DNA from: Eledone cirrhosa
Lineage: Eukaryota
Assembly: GCA_964016885.1 (NCBI GenBank)
Contig: OZ024745.1
Location: 74,214,001-74,278,000 of the forward strand
Length of the DNA: 64,000 nt
Direction: 5' to 3'
This document shows, one piece after another, positions 44,901 through 58,660 of this stretch. The position numbers were made by a program, and so were the translations under genes. Within the stretch, counting starts at the first letter, position 1, and each line of letters begins with the position of its first letter. The notes below the pieces were generated by a model. That model saw only the letters and a program-made list of their open reading frames with translations, was not told the DNA's origin and searched no databases.

Positions 44901-47750
44901 TGGTGGAAAACATTTGCCTAGCTTATGTGTCACTGAGAAAGATCAAATCTAGAACCATCTAATTGCAAACCAAATGTCTTAGCCATGCATGCCTGTGAGT
45001 GGATAATAAGACAAATATTGAAACTGTCACTCATCCTAAGGAAAGATGAAATCACTGTAAACATCCTCATCAGAAGGGCTGGTGTGTGCAGCTTCATTAA
45101 AATCTTGTTTAACTCTTAACATCATTTAATGAATTTGCACAAAATATCTAAAAATGCTTTTCTTAGTACAGATGTTTATAGTATCTTTACTAGTGGACAA
45201 ATTGTTGAGAAAATTTGTTGTATTAGATTATTGATGTGATGCAGCCATAGTGCAGTTTTCTACTTTTCAAGAATGTCTTGCTAATGCAGTTTCATGTGGT
45301 AGAAGGCATTAAAAATTAAAAGCAATCTTTACAGTTATGCATAATTTAACAATTTTGTTGAGAGAATATTTTGGAATGTTAATGAAATAATAATGTACTT
45401 TTGTATTAATGATTTATAGAACCACCATTATTAAATACACTAGAGAGTAGGTCTTTTGGTGCTTCAAATTCTCACTAATGGTAAAAAAAAAAATCTTGTA
45501 TAAATACTATATTAAAACTGTTTGTACTGGTTGATCAAATTGCGAACTAACATCTCTTTTTGTCATAGGTTAGTAGAATTAGAACAAAACAAGACTAGTC
45601 TGTATCAGCAGGAAAACTGTCATGGAAAATTAAAATAAAAAAAAGAAACTTGTTTTGAGAAAGTGGCAAGTTAGACACTGTGAGAAAGCAGAGAGGGGAG
45701 GGGGTTTCAAGGTCACCTCTTGATGTTTTAACTAAGACTTAATCTTAAAACATCATCTTCTACCAACTTTCCCACGGCATTCATCTTACCTTTTTTCTTT
45801 GTTTGTTTGTTTATTATTATTATTGTTATTATTATTATTATCATTATTATATACATATATGTGTGTGTGTATATATGTATGTATGTATATATATATATAT
45901 ATGTGTGTGTGTATGTATTATATATATATATATTCAATTTCAACTAAAACTAGCTTAACCATTTAAGAATGAATAGAAAAAAATGTTGTTAGAGAAATGA
46001 TGATGAAACATAGATAAAGTTGAAATGAAGATTGGTCAATATCCTGAAGCTCATTGTTTCTCTGACAAAGAGTTCCACATGAAACATTAATCGCTATGTC
46101 TCACAGAAATATCAACATATACATTTATTTTTGTTTCTAATCCAATTCAAGCTGACACAGACCATCAAAATCACAGACCATCATTTCTAGTTGCTTGGTA
46201 CTATTGTTACTGCTCATATCTGCATAGTCAACCTCGAAGGAAGTCAAATGATAAGGGCACCAATCCTATCCTGAGATCTAGTACTTTCCTTAGTTCTATC
46301 TTGAAGTTCAGTATTACTCTTGGTTAACCAGGGAAGGAAGTCATAATCGCCTATTCAATGTATCTGGCCTGGTTCCGGACAAAGTGCCCTATTTCTTGAA
46401 AGTTTTTTTGTTTTTTTTTATTTCTCCCACCTTAGCCTGGCATACTCCTCTCCTTTACTGATGAAATAGGATGTCTTAAGCCATATAAATTAATTTTCTC
46501 CTCCCCATTCTCTTCCCCATCCTCTCTCTTTCTCTCTCCCAAGCACACACACTTCTGCACAACTTATCACCGAGTGAGATTGAAATTGTGAGTGGTTTTG
46601 CTAGAGGGCTTTTGATCAATGAAGGGTGCTGGTGACTTTTTTTACATACAAAATTTTCTTAGTTTTTCTTTACGTAATATATATATATACCTGTCCCACC
46701 CTTGCAAGCAGGGAAAAGCGGACGTAAAATGATGATGATGATATATATATAAAGGGGGGGGGGTTAATTTTAAAGAAATAGACACTTTTGATCTGTGTCC
46801 TTTATTCTATATTTAGTTTGTATATCAAATTGAATAAAGTCAAAGTTATTTCTAAAATATGAAAATATTAATCTCAAATTTCCATAATAAAATGAAATGA
46901 CATGATTACAGAATTATCAAAAGATCTCTATGCCAAAACACTTAATTCTAAATGTGTATGTATCTGTGTGTACATGCACTTGTCTGTGTGCACATGCACT
47001 CATCTGAGTGCACATACACTCACCTGTGTGTGTTTTCATTCTTCTATCTCTTTGAGTTGGATTCCTGATTCCTTTTATCAAGGTACTATACTTAGCTATT
47101 TCAATATTACACTTGCATAATTATTATAATTAACTATATCACTTTGATACAGTTTATGATATAGAGTATATCTAATCAAGTAGAAGATCACCCCCTAAGT
47201 TAAATAGATATTTGTGTTTCTTTACACAGAGCTCCATCTTCGACATAATGTGATAACTTGTCAGGTTTTAATTCTCTGAAAGTGTTTGCTACTTGAGATG
47301 AACTTATAACTGTTACATTGGAAAGTAAAGCCAGCATAAGGTTAAAGGTGTTTTAGAGATTCTTACTATATCCAAAGGTCAGGGTGGTTTACTTATTCCA
47401 TTGACCTAGATTGATGGAGTATTACTTTCATGGAATGTGTGCTGAGAAACCTGAAGGAGATATATAAATATATGTCTTCACTGTTATAATTTGTCTGAAC
47501 TTACCTGACTTCTGGTTCTAGTGAAAGAAAGACTTCTTAACTACTTGCATGAATTATGTTTACCATTGTATAAGTAGTAAAGGCTTTTTCCTTTCCTTTT
47601 CACTTACATCACTTCTATCATTGGAAAAAGTCATGAATGTCTTAACCGCCTGTATTGGGAAGAAATATAAAATTGTTGATCAGTTGTTGGTTAGAGCACT
47701 AGTGTGTGTATGTGTGTGCTCATGGCATCACTCACAAAGGTGGTGTGTGC

Positions 47751-47781
<31 letters not shown>

Positions 47782-47965
47782 AGAAAGAGTTGCAGCCCGG
47801 TGGCCAAGTTCCCACCATCTCAACAACTGTTACCAAAGTATTGAGTACTCTGTTTAATAAAGGGTTTAATCCTGATATATATATATAGAAATAATAAATT
47901 TGAAGCCTAAAATCCAAAGAGGGCTCGATAAGGATAAATCTATTTGCTTAAACTTTAATCTGTTG

Positions 47966-48029
<64 letters not shown>

Positions 48030-48413
48030 TTCCAGTTTAGGCATGGTGTTCTACAGCTGGATGATCTTCCTATCATCAATCACTTTACAGTGTGTACTGG
48101 GTGCATTTTTTCATGATGCACAGGAGAAGTTGTTGTGTTCATCCCTTTTGGCATAGGTATGCCCTTCCTAAACACCAACCACTCTACAGAGTGTACTGGT
48201 TACACTTTAGCATGACACCACTTGACTAAAAAGCATTTCTACTCCATGAGTGGAGGGGTGAGAATAGAATGAGGGTAAAAAAGATGACAAGTATGATGTT
48301 ATCGATGAATAAGAAGTCTAGTGGGATTTTACAAGATGGTGTGTAGGAGAAAAGAGTGGGAGTCCTATAGGATAGATTGGAGGGGTAAAGGGATGATGAT
48401 AATAGTTACTTAA

Positions 48414-48575
48414 ATATAAGTATGTATACGTACTTACATATATGTATACAGACGTACAGTAGTATGTATATATATACATACAGGCACATATATATGTATA
48501 TATATATATGTACGTATGGATTTACCAAACATTTATTATAATGCTCGCTTTGTTTCTAAACAAACAACCCGAATT
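48414..48575. repeat. Truncated family B fragment
   Basis: Matches 41062-41220. Confidence 0.75.
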
Positions 48576-48859
48576 AATAATTACTCTTGAGTGATTAGCT
48601 ATGGACAGGCCAAAGGTCACATTTGCTCTAGAGTTGCTGTTCAGGATTATATGATAGAGTGGATGAATTGTACTTATGAGAACAGTTACTAAGGTGCAAT
48701 GTTTTGGTATGAAAGGGATATAAAGGTGTAGCTGATACAATTGCAGAAATATATCGATTTTTATACTGGTAGGTGGGTCTACAATTGCAGAAATAGATCA
48801 ATGTTTATACTGGTAGGTATACTCAATGTTTATACTCAGTATCATATATCACCAATCAT

Positions 48860-49090
48860 CACAGTCCTTTATCATCTCTATCATGAGGTTCAACTTCTTA
48901 AGGTCAGTATTTGCCACTTCATCCCATGACTTCGTAGGTAAGCCTCTTTCACAGGTCCCATCCACTGAGATGTCTCTGCATTTCTTTATACAGCTGTCAT
49001 CTCCGATACACATCACATGTCCATATCAGCGCAGTCTTCACTCTTGCACACTACATCAGATCCCTCTTATACTGAGTTCTTCTCTCAGCA
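48860..49090 (-). pseudogene. RTE-type LINE 3' fragment
   Basis: Minus strand reads RLR*YGHVMCI..GTCERGLPTKSWDEV. Confidence 0.6.
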
Positions 49091-50839
49091 TGTATATATG
49101 CTAAATGTAATTTTATGCAGCAGTTCATTTTAAAGAAATGCTATCCATATCATAGAAATCAGGATAAATTCATGTATCACTAATTACTAAAACAGTAGAT
49201 AACAGATAGATTGTAGATTCATAGTATAACCTGAACTAGGCAGAAGGTCAGTTTCTATGAAGAAGAGATAATCAGTGGAATGGATTATTTTTTAGTGTTG
49301 TTAACACTACTGAGGTGAAAACCAAAATCAACTCAACAAGGGTTTGAACTTAGAATGTCTACGAACTGGACTATTTTTTTAAATTTGTTTTAGAATACAT
49401 TTTCATAAAATGTTGTACTTTCTGTTCAGAGTAGAGATGGCAAATAATGTAAAAAATTGAATTTATGTATATTTATATAAGGAAAAGAATCATTAGGAAT
49501 ATTCATAATCTGTATTATGAGAAGATTAGTGGAATGGAATTTATTAGATTGGCTAGGTCAGTGAAGATTAAGAACATTAAGGATTGTATCCAGGAGAGAA
49601 GATGGAAATGGCATTGATGTGTGAAGATTTGTTTGCAGATAAGAACATAGGATGCAGCTGATGAAAAGATGATTAGATAGAGAAAGTGGGCTGAGAGGGA
49701 CATGAGAGGAGCTCATATACAGCTATTGGCTGTTGTAAAGATTAGTTTAGAGTTTGTGTCAGAGAGAAAGAGAGAGAGAGTAAAACTGTTTCAGTGATAG
49801 GCTGGTTACATAAAAGTAATAAAATAAGCTTGTACATGAATCAAGGGATATAGGTTTCATTCTCTTCTTCCTGATTTTTTGGTTTGGTCATATTTATGTA
49901 ATTGTTCGAATGAAGATGACCAAGTTAATAGGATACTGGCAACAACTAGTTGAGACATCACCGATTTATATCTTGCCAAGTCTCTACTTACCTACCTGTA
50001 TGTGTATAGGTACACAGGATTGTAAACAGAGGCAACACATTAATACACCAAACATGTATGTGTATGAGAGAGAGGGCTCAGAAGAACATATATATGTGTG
50101 TGTGTTCCATATATAAAGTACCCAAGTTAATTACTCAGACCATTCACATAGAAATCCACAAGTACTGTATTAACTCATGTACAATGTAAAGAAATTTAAT
50201 ATATAAAAAAAAAAAACAGGGTTAAAACTGGAAGGCAGCTTTATAATCATGTAAAAAATGTACAATAACAAAGTTGTGAGAATTCGAAAGGTGATAGCCC
50301 TGAGACATCTAACAACTAATGTGTACACTTCATTACCTGGGGGCTATGAAACACTATATGCCTAATGACTCCATCCAATGGAAACTATAACTTCTGTTAC
50401 TATGCTGGTTGTGTGTGTTTAAACGTGATTATTTATTTTAAAAGATTACAGTTTAGAATATGAAAGTTACATTATTGATGTATGCTAACATTAAAACAAA
50501 TTCTTCAGTATACACCCATATAGCAAAGTATGGATGTGAAAAAAGAAACATTTCTTACAATGTAAAATCTAAAAATAAAGTCAGAGTTTGCTGAAAAGAA
50601 CAAATCTGCAATATGTTTGGAATTTGGTTTTGAGAACACATTAGGTTAGGAAGAAAGAACAAAGCCCAACTCCAGAAAATTCCAAGGAGTAAACAACCTC
50701 CACCTTGTGGATTGACTCGCTGTTGACCACTGGCTGTTGGTCTGTGTCCTCTGAGACATGTTTGCCCATCGCTGTCTTTGACAGCATTTAGCTGTTTCAA
50801 CAGCTGTTCTAGCGATGAGCTTCCTATATTATATATATT

Positions 50840-51047
50840 AGTTTCTGATTTAGGCACAAGGCCAACAATTTTGGGGGAATGGTAAGTCGATGACATCGGC
50901 CCCAGTGCATTACTGGTACTGCATCTTATAGACTCCATAAGGATGAAAGGCAAAGCTAACGTCAGCAAGATTTGAACTCAAGCATTAAAGGGATGTAACT
51001 CTATGCCACAATGCATGGTGTCCGATGCTCTACCAATACTGCCCATC
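50840..51047 (-). mobile_element. tRNA-derived SINE
   Basis: Same family as 5409/6229. Confidence 0.85.
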
Positions 51048-53242
51048 CTCTTCTTTTAAATTATATATAATAAAATATATTACTGATTTTTAGGTACAAA
51101 ATATGGGAGTCTCATTATATTCAGGATCACATTTTACTTGAGTAAATATGGTAAGTGGCTAATATTATTTTGGCTTTTTTCAGCTATTACTGGAGACACC
51201 TAAATAATTTTATGTCTTATCTCTTTAATGAAGCTTAATTTTCGCTATACTTGTTGAAATAGTGATAAGACAATCACAAAGTACTCAAACATATTTGAAG
51301 TTATCTCACTTACCATAATGTCATCATCATCATCATCATCATCATCAACATCACCATTTAACACCTATTTTCCATACTTGCATGAGATAGATGGGTTATC
51401 GTGTTTTGAGGTTAGACTTGTTAGGTCACCATGTCTTACACATATGTTCCATTTTGGGCTTGGTTTCTATGGCTGGATGCTCTTCTCAATGCAAGCTACT
51501 TGACAGAGTGTACTGGGAGTACCAGCACTATCACCTTATTGTGTGGCTGGGTGCTTTTCTTTGTGGCATCAGCACTACCACTTTACAGAGTGGGCTGGAT
51601 GTATTTTTACCATGGTTCCATTATAGGAGTGGCTTTGGAGAAAGTGAGTTCTGACTGTCTTTCCATGCTGGTATGGGTTGGAAAAAGGAGTGAATCAGGT
51701 ATGAGGGTGAGAGTTAGTTGTATCTTTTTTCCATGCTAATTAGGATTGTTCAGTGTTCAGAAAATCAATTTAGCAAACTATTTAGAGTGACAGTGTTAAC
51801 ATATTTAATTCATGAAGCATTAAAAAATTTAAAAAAAGCATAACTAGAAATAATTATGCAGTGAGAAAAAGTTTTTCTGCTCGGCTATTACATTGATTCT
51901 TTCTGTATACAGGAGATACCTGTAAACATGTTTCAGTTTCATAAATTATAATTATTACATAAAAAAAATTATTATTGTGATTCTATACTTAGGGATTCTT
52001 TCACCACTAATTTAACTAATACAGTTCTGACTAAACTTTTCTGAGAAGGTCAAATAACTCCAAAACAAGTCTAGAGTTGTCTCCATACTTCCCAAAATAA
52101 AACAATATTAGTCAATGACTAATATTCTTTTTTTGCACAATACATACATTGCATATATATATACAAACTAATTTAACCTTTGCTTGGTATGATATTTGGC
52201 ATATGAAACACAGTTTGGGATGGTGTGAGAGGGGGAAATATGTGCACTGAGTGAGCTTTGCAAAGATGGTACACATCTTGCTAGTTCAGAGTAGAAACTA
52301 TTGTACTAGATAGAGAAGAATCGGCATGTATGTGAGTATAGTGCTTGTAATATGTTGATGAATGAGCTTTTACTAATCAGCTGGAATGCTCTAGAATGTT
52401 TGCATTCATAGTTACAACACTGTCAGTCAGATATGAAAGCAGTGTATAAATGTATTTTACAGCCTGAACTATCACCCAGGTTTTATTTTGCAGACAAATT
52501 ATATGAATTGTTTCAAACTCATAAATATATATATTTCTATATACATTATATATTATATGTATGTAATGACTATCCTGTCTTTTTTATATATCAATGATTA
52601 CATTATCCAATGCAACCTTCTGTTTTAAGACAGCTGGCTGATATGAAGGAAATTTAGCTATGTGTATATATATATCATCAATACAATCATTATTTAACAT
52701 CCATTTTTCCCTGCTAGCAACAGTTGGCAGGGTAGTCACTGATGGATTAGGGGCATGCATCTTACATACAATCTCGTATTCTATCAATTGCTATAATGGT
52801 CCAGGGGCCTGCATCATCATCATCATCACCACCACCACCACCATCATCATTGTTTAACGTCCATCTTCCACGCTAGCATGGGTTAGACGGTTTTGTTCCA
52901 TTAGATGCGGGATTGGTTGGGAGACCGTGTCTCACATCCCATGCTCTACCAAGTACATTTTATCATGAGACTAGTACTAGGGAGGTTGGCATGTCTTTGA
53001 CACAGCTGAAGAGTCCTCCCGACCTTTTGTTTGACAGGTTTTCTGCGGATGGGTGCTATTCCTATAACCAACCACTTCACTGAGTGTACTGATTGTGTTT
53101 ATCATGTAGATCACCAACATTAGGGAGGTTGTTGTATGTTGGGCACCACTGAAGTGTCCTCCCATGTATGTATATATCTTTTAAAAAATTGATACTTAGT
53201 TTCAGTTGATCTTTTCATTAATTTATCTAGGCTAATAGTAAA

Positions 53243-53812
53243 TAATAAGTGTTTCTACTTTTGGCACAAGGCCAGCAATTATCCCAGTGCATTACTGGTG
53301 CTTTATTTTATTGACCCCGAAAGGATGAAAGGCAAAGTTAACCTTGGCGGAACTTGAACTTTATGCTGCATAGCATGTTGTCTGACACTCTATTGACACT
53401 GACAATCCACCAGCCTTTCTTTAAAGGTAAAATAATTGTTTCTACTTTTGGCACAAGGCCAGCAATTACACAGTACATTACTGGTACTTTATTTTATCGA
53501 CCCCGTAAGGATGAAAGGCAAAGTTAACCTCGGCGGGATTTGAACTCAGAATGGCAAGGGCCATAAAGGTAAAATAATGGTTTATGATTTAGGCACAAGG
53601 CCATTATTTGGGGCAAGGAGAAAGTTGATTAAATTGACTCAGTGCATTACTGGTACTTTATTTTATCGACCTCGTCAGGATGAAAGGCAAAGCTAACCTC
53701 GACGGAATTTGAACTCAGAACGTAAAAGGTTATAACTTATGCTGCAAAGCATGTTGTCTAATGCTCTACTGATACTGTCAATCCACTAACCTTTCTGTAA
53801 AGGTAAAATAAT
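53243..53812 (-). mobile_element. Three head-to-tail SINE copies
   Basis: Copies at ~53250-53412, 53436-53563 and 53579-53790, separated by TAAAGGTAAAATAAT. Confidence 0.88.
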
Positions 53813-56179
53813 GAAATTACTTTCAATAACTTGTGGAAACACCTGAAGTTCTAGAACTATTCAGTTCAATTTTTTACCTTAAAAATTCTGACAAAAAAAT
53901 GTAAACTATTTTGATTCCAAAATGCCTGAAACCTAATACACAAAACTGGTGTGTTTATATTTACCTAAAAACCTTCCATCACAATTTTATCTAAGAATCT
54001 TTAAGTTATGCTCCAAACACCAACTTAATGAGAAAGTTATATTACTAAATCTTTCTAAATTCTCACTTATCTTCAAAATTATTTAAAAATCATAGGCAGT
54101 GTCTTTTGTTAGATGTATGGTAATGGAAGGGTTAAATACCAGAACTTCACCTCAGATTTAGTAGCATGAGATTCACAGATAACATTTTCCAGACAATCTG
54201 GAACTTACTCGCCAAAATGATGTAATCCAAAGAATATGAATTAAGTAAACAAACAAAATCATAACTGTTTCCTGTGCTTCATAGTGTATTTAAGAGCTTT
54301 GCTCCAGTTTTATTGCATTAAGCTGATAAAAGTTACATCTCCCATACATAGACACCAGTTTAGCTCAGGTAATATTTCCAGATGTTCTGATACTTATTTC
54401 CAGCAGTTAAGTGAACTGAAGCTAGTGGAATTATGTATAGTTCAAATATACAACACACTTGCTGTAGATTTGAACTCAGAACATTTCAGTTGATATTTTA
54501 TTACCACATCCACTCAGCCATTCCATTTCTACATGTAGAATTAAATCTCTAATCCTGAGAGATATCAAAGTAAATGCCTACTATAGATTTGAGTTGACAG
54601 TCCATTGTAATCTAATATCTTATTCACTTGGTCATTTTGTCTCTACAATTCAAGGCAACAAAAATAGAATAAATACACCAGAAATAAGATGAATTACAGA
54701 TCAGATATCTTGTTTACCTGACCAAGTTATTCCCTTGTCTAGATCTGCTCTTAAAAACATATTGACTGTGGGAATTTATTCTCTTTACATATGTTTGTCC
54801 AAGTGTCTGGCTTTTGTTGTTTCTTCCTTTTTGCTTATGAAGTATCTTTAACCAAATATTTCAAGTCATAGAAACAGTCATTTTAAATCCTGATCTGTAG
54901 TTTTGTTACTTGAAACAAAATAGAGCAAAAAAAAAGGAAAGAATTTTTTTTCTTCTTGAAAAATTAAAAATAAGTAAAATGTGGCTGTGTTCCTTGACTT
55001 CCACCCTCAGTCACACATTCTTCACTGCTTAAATCAACACTATAATCTCTTTCCTCGTGTTCCAACATTATGATTACTGGGAGTATGATGGAGACTGGCT
55101 GTGTGGTAATGTAATTTCTATGGAGATAGACCCAGTAGTTGTGTAATTGGTGAGTTCTGGGGCAATAAAGTATAAGGCTTTTGTGTAGCTTTAGTGGTTT
55201 GATATCAGGAGTGAGGTTGTTTTATTTTATTTATCTTATTTTTATTTTCATCATCTTATTCTTGCATGGTATAATTTGTAAGAATGGAAGTTAAAATTGT
55301 TTATTTTATTAGGTGTGGTTTGACTGAAAGGGTGTGATTGAAATATGGGCTGGCAAGGGGATGAAGAGCAGCAAGCAACCTTATGATACAACAACAATAA
55401 CAGTAATAATAAAATAATGATGATGATAATTATAATAAAGAACATTGTATTTACAACTATATTATCCTCTGTATAAAAAGTAGGGAAGAAGAGTTGTAAA
55501 GAGTCTTCACCGGAACAAATGATTTTGGATCCACCCTCCTACAATATGTTGCACTCTCTCTCTCTCTTTTTCCTTAACACACTCACACACACCACACACA
55601 TCTTTCTCATTTTCTAAGTTGTTTATATTCAAAAGAAGAGAACAATGTCTTTAAAGAGCTCTATTGTTGTTGATGTAATTATTCAATATTTGAACCTGAA
55701 ACTTCTAATTATCAAGGTCATTATATTAACGAGGTGAATGTATTTTTTTTTATTTTTTTTTTTTTTACTTTTAAAAGGAAAACATCCTTTAGAATTAAAA
55801 TGGAATTTGTGAAGAACACATGTAAAGCTGCATTACAAGACATTATTTCACATTTTCTTTTGACATTTTCTCTTTATCAATCTCTTTCAAAATACCCTTT
55901 CTAACATAGAAAATAAAGAGTGGCTGACTTGCTTAATGTCAACACATTGGTTCTCATGTGAGCTGATTCCATCTTGCCACTTTAAATTACAAAACAGCTT
56001 GTCTTTCTTTCCCAAATACTTCAGCACTCCATCAGTGAGCTCTTCTTTCTCCTATTTATTACTCAGGGGTGTGGTATGGTTGGTTCTGTACTTTATAAAA
56101 TCCTGTTCAGAGAGAGCTTTTTTGTTGGAAATTCAAGTCCTTCCAGGATTCACTTTAACTTTCGAGTATCAGGTGTATA

Positions 56180-56377
56180 ATGGTTTCTGATTTAGGTACA
56201 AGGCCAACAGGGAGGGAAAAGTCAATTAAATCAGCCCTATTGCACTACTGGTACTTTATGTTATAAAGACGAAAGGCAAAGCTAATGTTGGTGGGATTTG
56301 AACTCAGAACGTAAAGGGACACAACTCTGTGCCCCAAAGCATATTGTCTGACGCTCTACCAATACTACCAATCCACA
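56180..56377 (-). mobile_element. tRNA-derived SINE
   Basis: Same family, with CpG decay. Confidence 0.8.
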
Positions 56378-56663
56378 TCAGAAATTGATTTAATCAGCAA
56401 TTAACCTTTCATATACAAAATAAAATAAATAAATTCTATTCAGCATTCATCTCAAATGTTTTTGTCAAAAAGAATTTTCATTTTATCTGGACCCTTATTT
56501 AATCATAAAGTCCACAAATCTCTTCAAAACTCTCATATTAAGTAAATCAGAAACAGAATTCTCAGGGGAATGATAAGATCTGGTATCTATTCCACACAGC
56601 TATGTAAACTGAATTGTCTAGATAACTCGCTAAAAATCCTGTGGTAGATACAAATTCATAAAC

Positions 56664-56823
56664 CAGCCATGGGCAAACTGTGGCCCACGAGCTCATGTGG
56701 CCCATTTGGCTTTCTGAATGGTCGCCTCATTTCAAAATTGCCTTGAATTTTTTAGTAGTATGGCCTGCTTTATTGTGAGCCACACTCTGTGGCCCACTGC
56801 TTAAAAAAGGTTGCTTATGCCTG
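56664..56823. mobile_element. hAT MITE (same family as 17973)
   Basis: TIRs CAGCCATGGGCAAAC / GGTTGCTTATGCCTG; 8-bp TSD TCATAAAC/TCATAAAT. Confidence 0.85.
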
Positions 56824-57088
56824 TCATAAATGATTAGCTGTTATCTCCATAAGCTGTCCTTTCATCTCTTTCCTTAATAACAAGCTTTGTTTTTATAGTT
56901 CTAGAGTAAAGGAAACTTGAAGCATTTAACTCTAAGTATCTTTATAGGTTACTCTGCATCTAATAAAGTAACTGTGTCCTGTGAACAAATGAAGTTTTAA
57001 CAATTCCAACATTCACAATTCTCAGTTGATGTTTATGCTGGTTAAGCTATTCTATCAACGAAGGTGCTATTCTAGACTCTAGAGTCAA

Positions 57089-57570
57089 CATCATTATCAT
57101 TATACGTCTGCTTTTCCACATCTGCATGGGTTGGACGGGTTCTTCTCAGCACAGCATTTCTCCACACGTTGTGACCCTTTGTCGTCACCTCTGTGAATCT
57201 CAGTTATTTGAGCTAACCTCTCACAACCTCTGCCCAGGTCTTTCTTGGTCTACCTCTACTGGCATTTCTTAGCACTTCTTCACCCATCGATTATTGTCTA
57301 TGTGCATCACATGTCCAAACCAATGTAGTCTTCTCTCCTGCACACCACCTCAGATTCCTCTGAAACCCAGCTTCTCCCTCAACTCGTCTAAGCCCTGCCT
57401 TTCTCATACTTACATTGTCCATCCAATGAAGCATGGTTGCTTCATTTCTCTCTGGTCTTGCATGTCCTCTGCAGTTACTGCCCATGTTTCACTACCATGC
57501 AGCATTGCATCATACTAGCATCACATACTAGCATCATACAGTTATCCTTTTGTATGTAGAGACATAGAGT
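57089..57570 (-). pseudogene. RTE-type LINE 3' end with (TGA/TAA)n tail
   Basis: Minus strand reads RRLHWFGHVMHIDNNRWVKKC..RGRPRKTWAEVV. Confidence 0.75.
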
Positions 57571-57620
57571 ACTGTAGGAAAAAAGCATGACTAACGATAA
57601 ATTAGACAAAATGGTGGTGA

Positions 57621-57658
<38 letters not shown>

Positions 57659-58485
57659 TTATTATTAAAAGCCATTAGAATATTTGCCAGTTTTATGCCA
57701 CTGCTTCCAGCAGGGAATATGTTCCACCTGGTGGTATATACCTAGCACTATATAGGTTGAGCTATTCACAGCTATATGTTGTTTCCACAGACAATTCCAG
57801 TAGCATGATATATATTGCTAACTTGCTAATACTATTTCAACCACCAATGGCTTATTACTGGTAGGCCCTTACTACATCAAGGTTTCTAACCACCAGATTA
57901 TTACTCTTACATCCACCCTCTTGTATCTGTATTATCATTATACTTCTTTCAGTAATATATCATTATCACTGATCCAGAATAAGCAATCAGTGCACAGTGC
58001 CTGGTTTATTTGCCTTTAATGACAGTGTGAAGGTGATTAGCTTTCAACTCTATCCCTGCTGGCTCTGAACATTTGCATGTCACACAAAGATAGCATTGTT
58101 ACTATCTAAACTATAATAATTCTGTTAATGACTTCTAATACATTTTCTCAGTGAAGACAGCTTGTAGTGTATTTTCCTGTAGAGATAACTTTATTTTTAC
58201 TATTCCTTGACTTTTGTTTGTTTGTTTTGTGTTACAGTTGGTCCCATATCTGGTTGATTCAGTCAACTATGTCCCTACCTGATGAATTCCTAACCTTGTC
58301 CTAAATTTAGAAGCCATCATCAATATTTTCTGTGTAGGTGTTGACTCATTAAACACTTAAAATGTTGGCTATTTTTTCTTACAGAAGTATCTTTCTCATC
58401 ACCCCAGCTACTCCACCTTTCTTTCTGTGCAATATACTAAAAACCTCAGTCAAGTTTAAGTCACTGAACTTGTCTTGCAAAATGG

Positions 58486-58660
58486 GAGTGTGCCTAAGAA
58501 AGAAACCTGGGAGTGTGTCTAAGAAAGAAAGATATGAGTGTGTCTAAGAAAGAAATCTAGGAGTGTGTCTAAGAAAGAAAGCTATGAGTGTGTCTAAGAA
58601 AAAAACCTCAGTCAAGTTTGTCTAAGAAAGAAATCTGTGAGTGTGTCTAAAAAAGAAATT
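58486..58660. repeat. ~25-bp minisatellite, ~6 copies
   Basis: Unit GAGTGTGTCTAAGAAAGAAA plus ~5 variable bases. Confidence 0.9.

Noticed and set aside
58486-58660. CRISPR-like short repeats
   Set aside because: The intervening sequence is only ~5 bp, there are no cas genes, and the context is eukaryotic.
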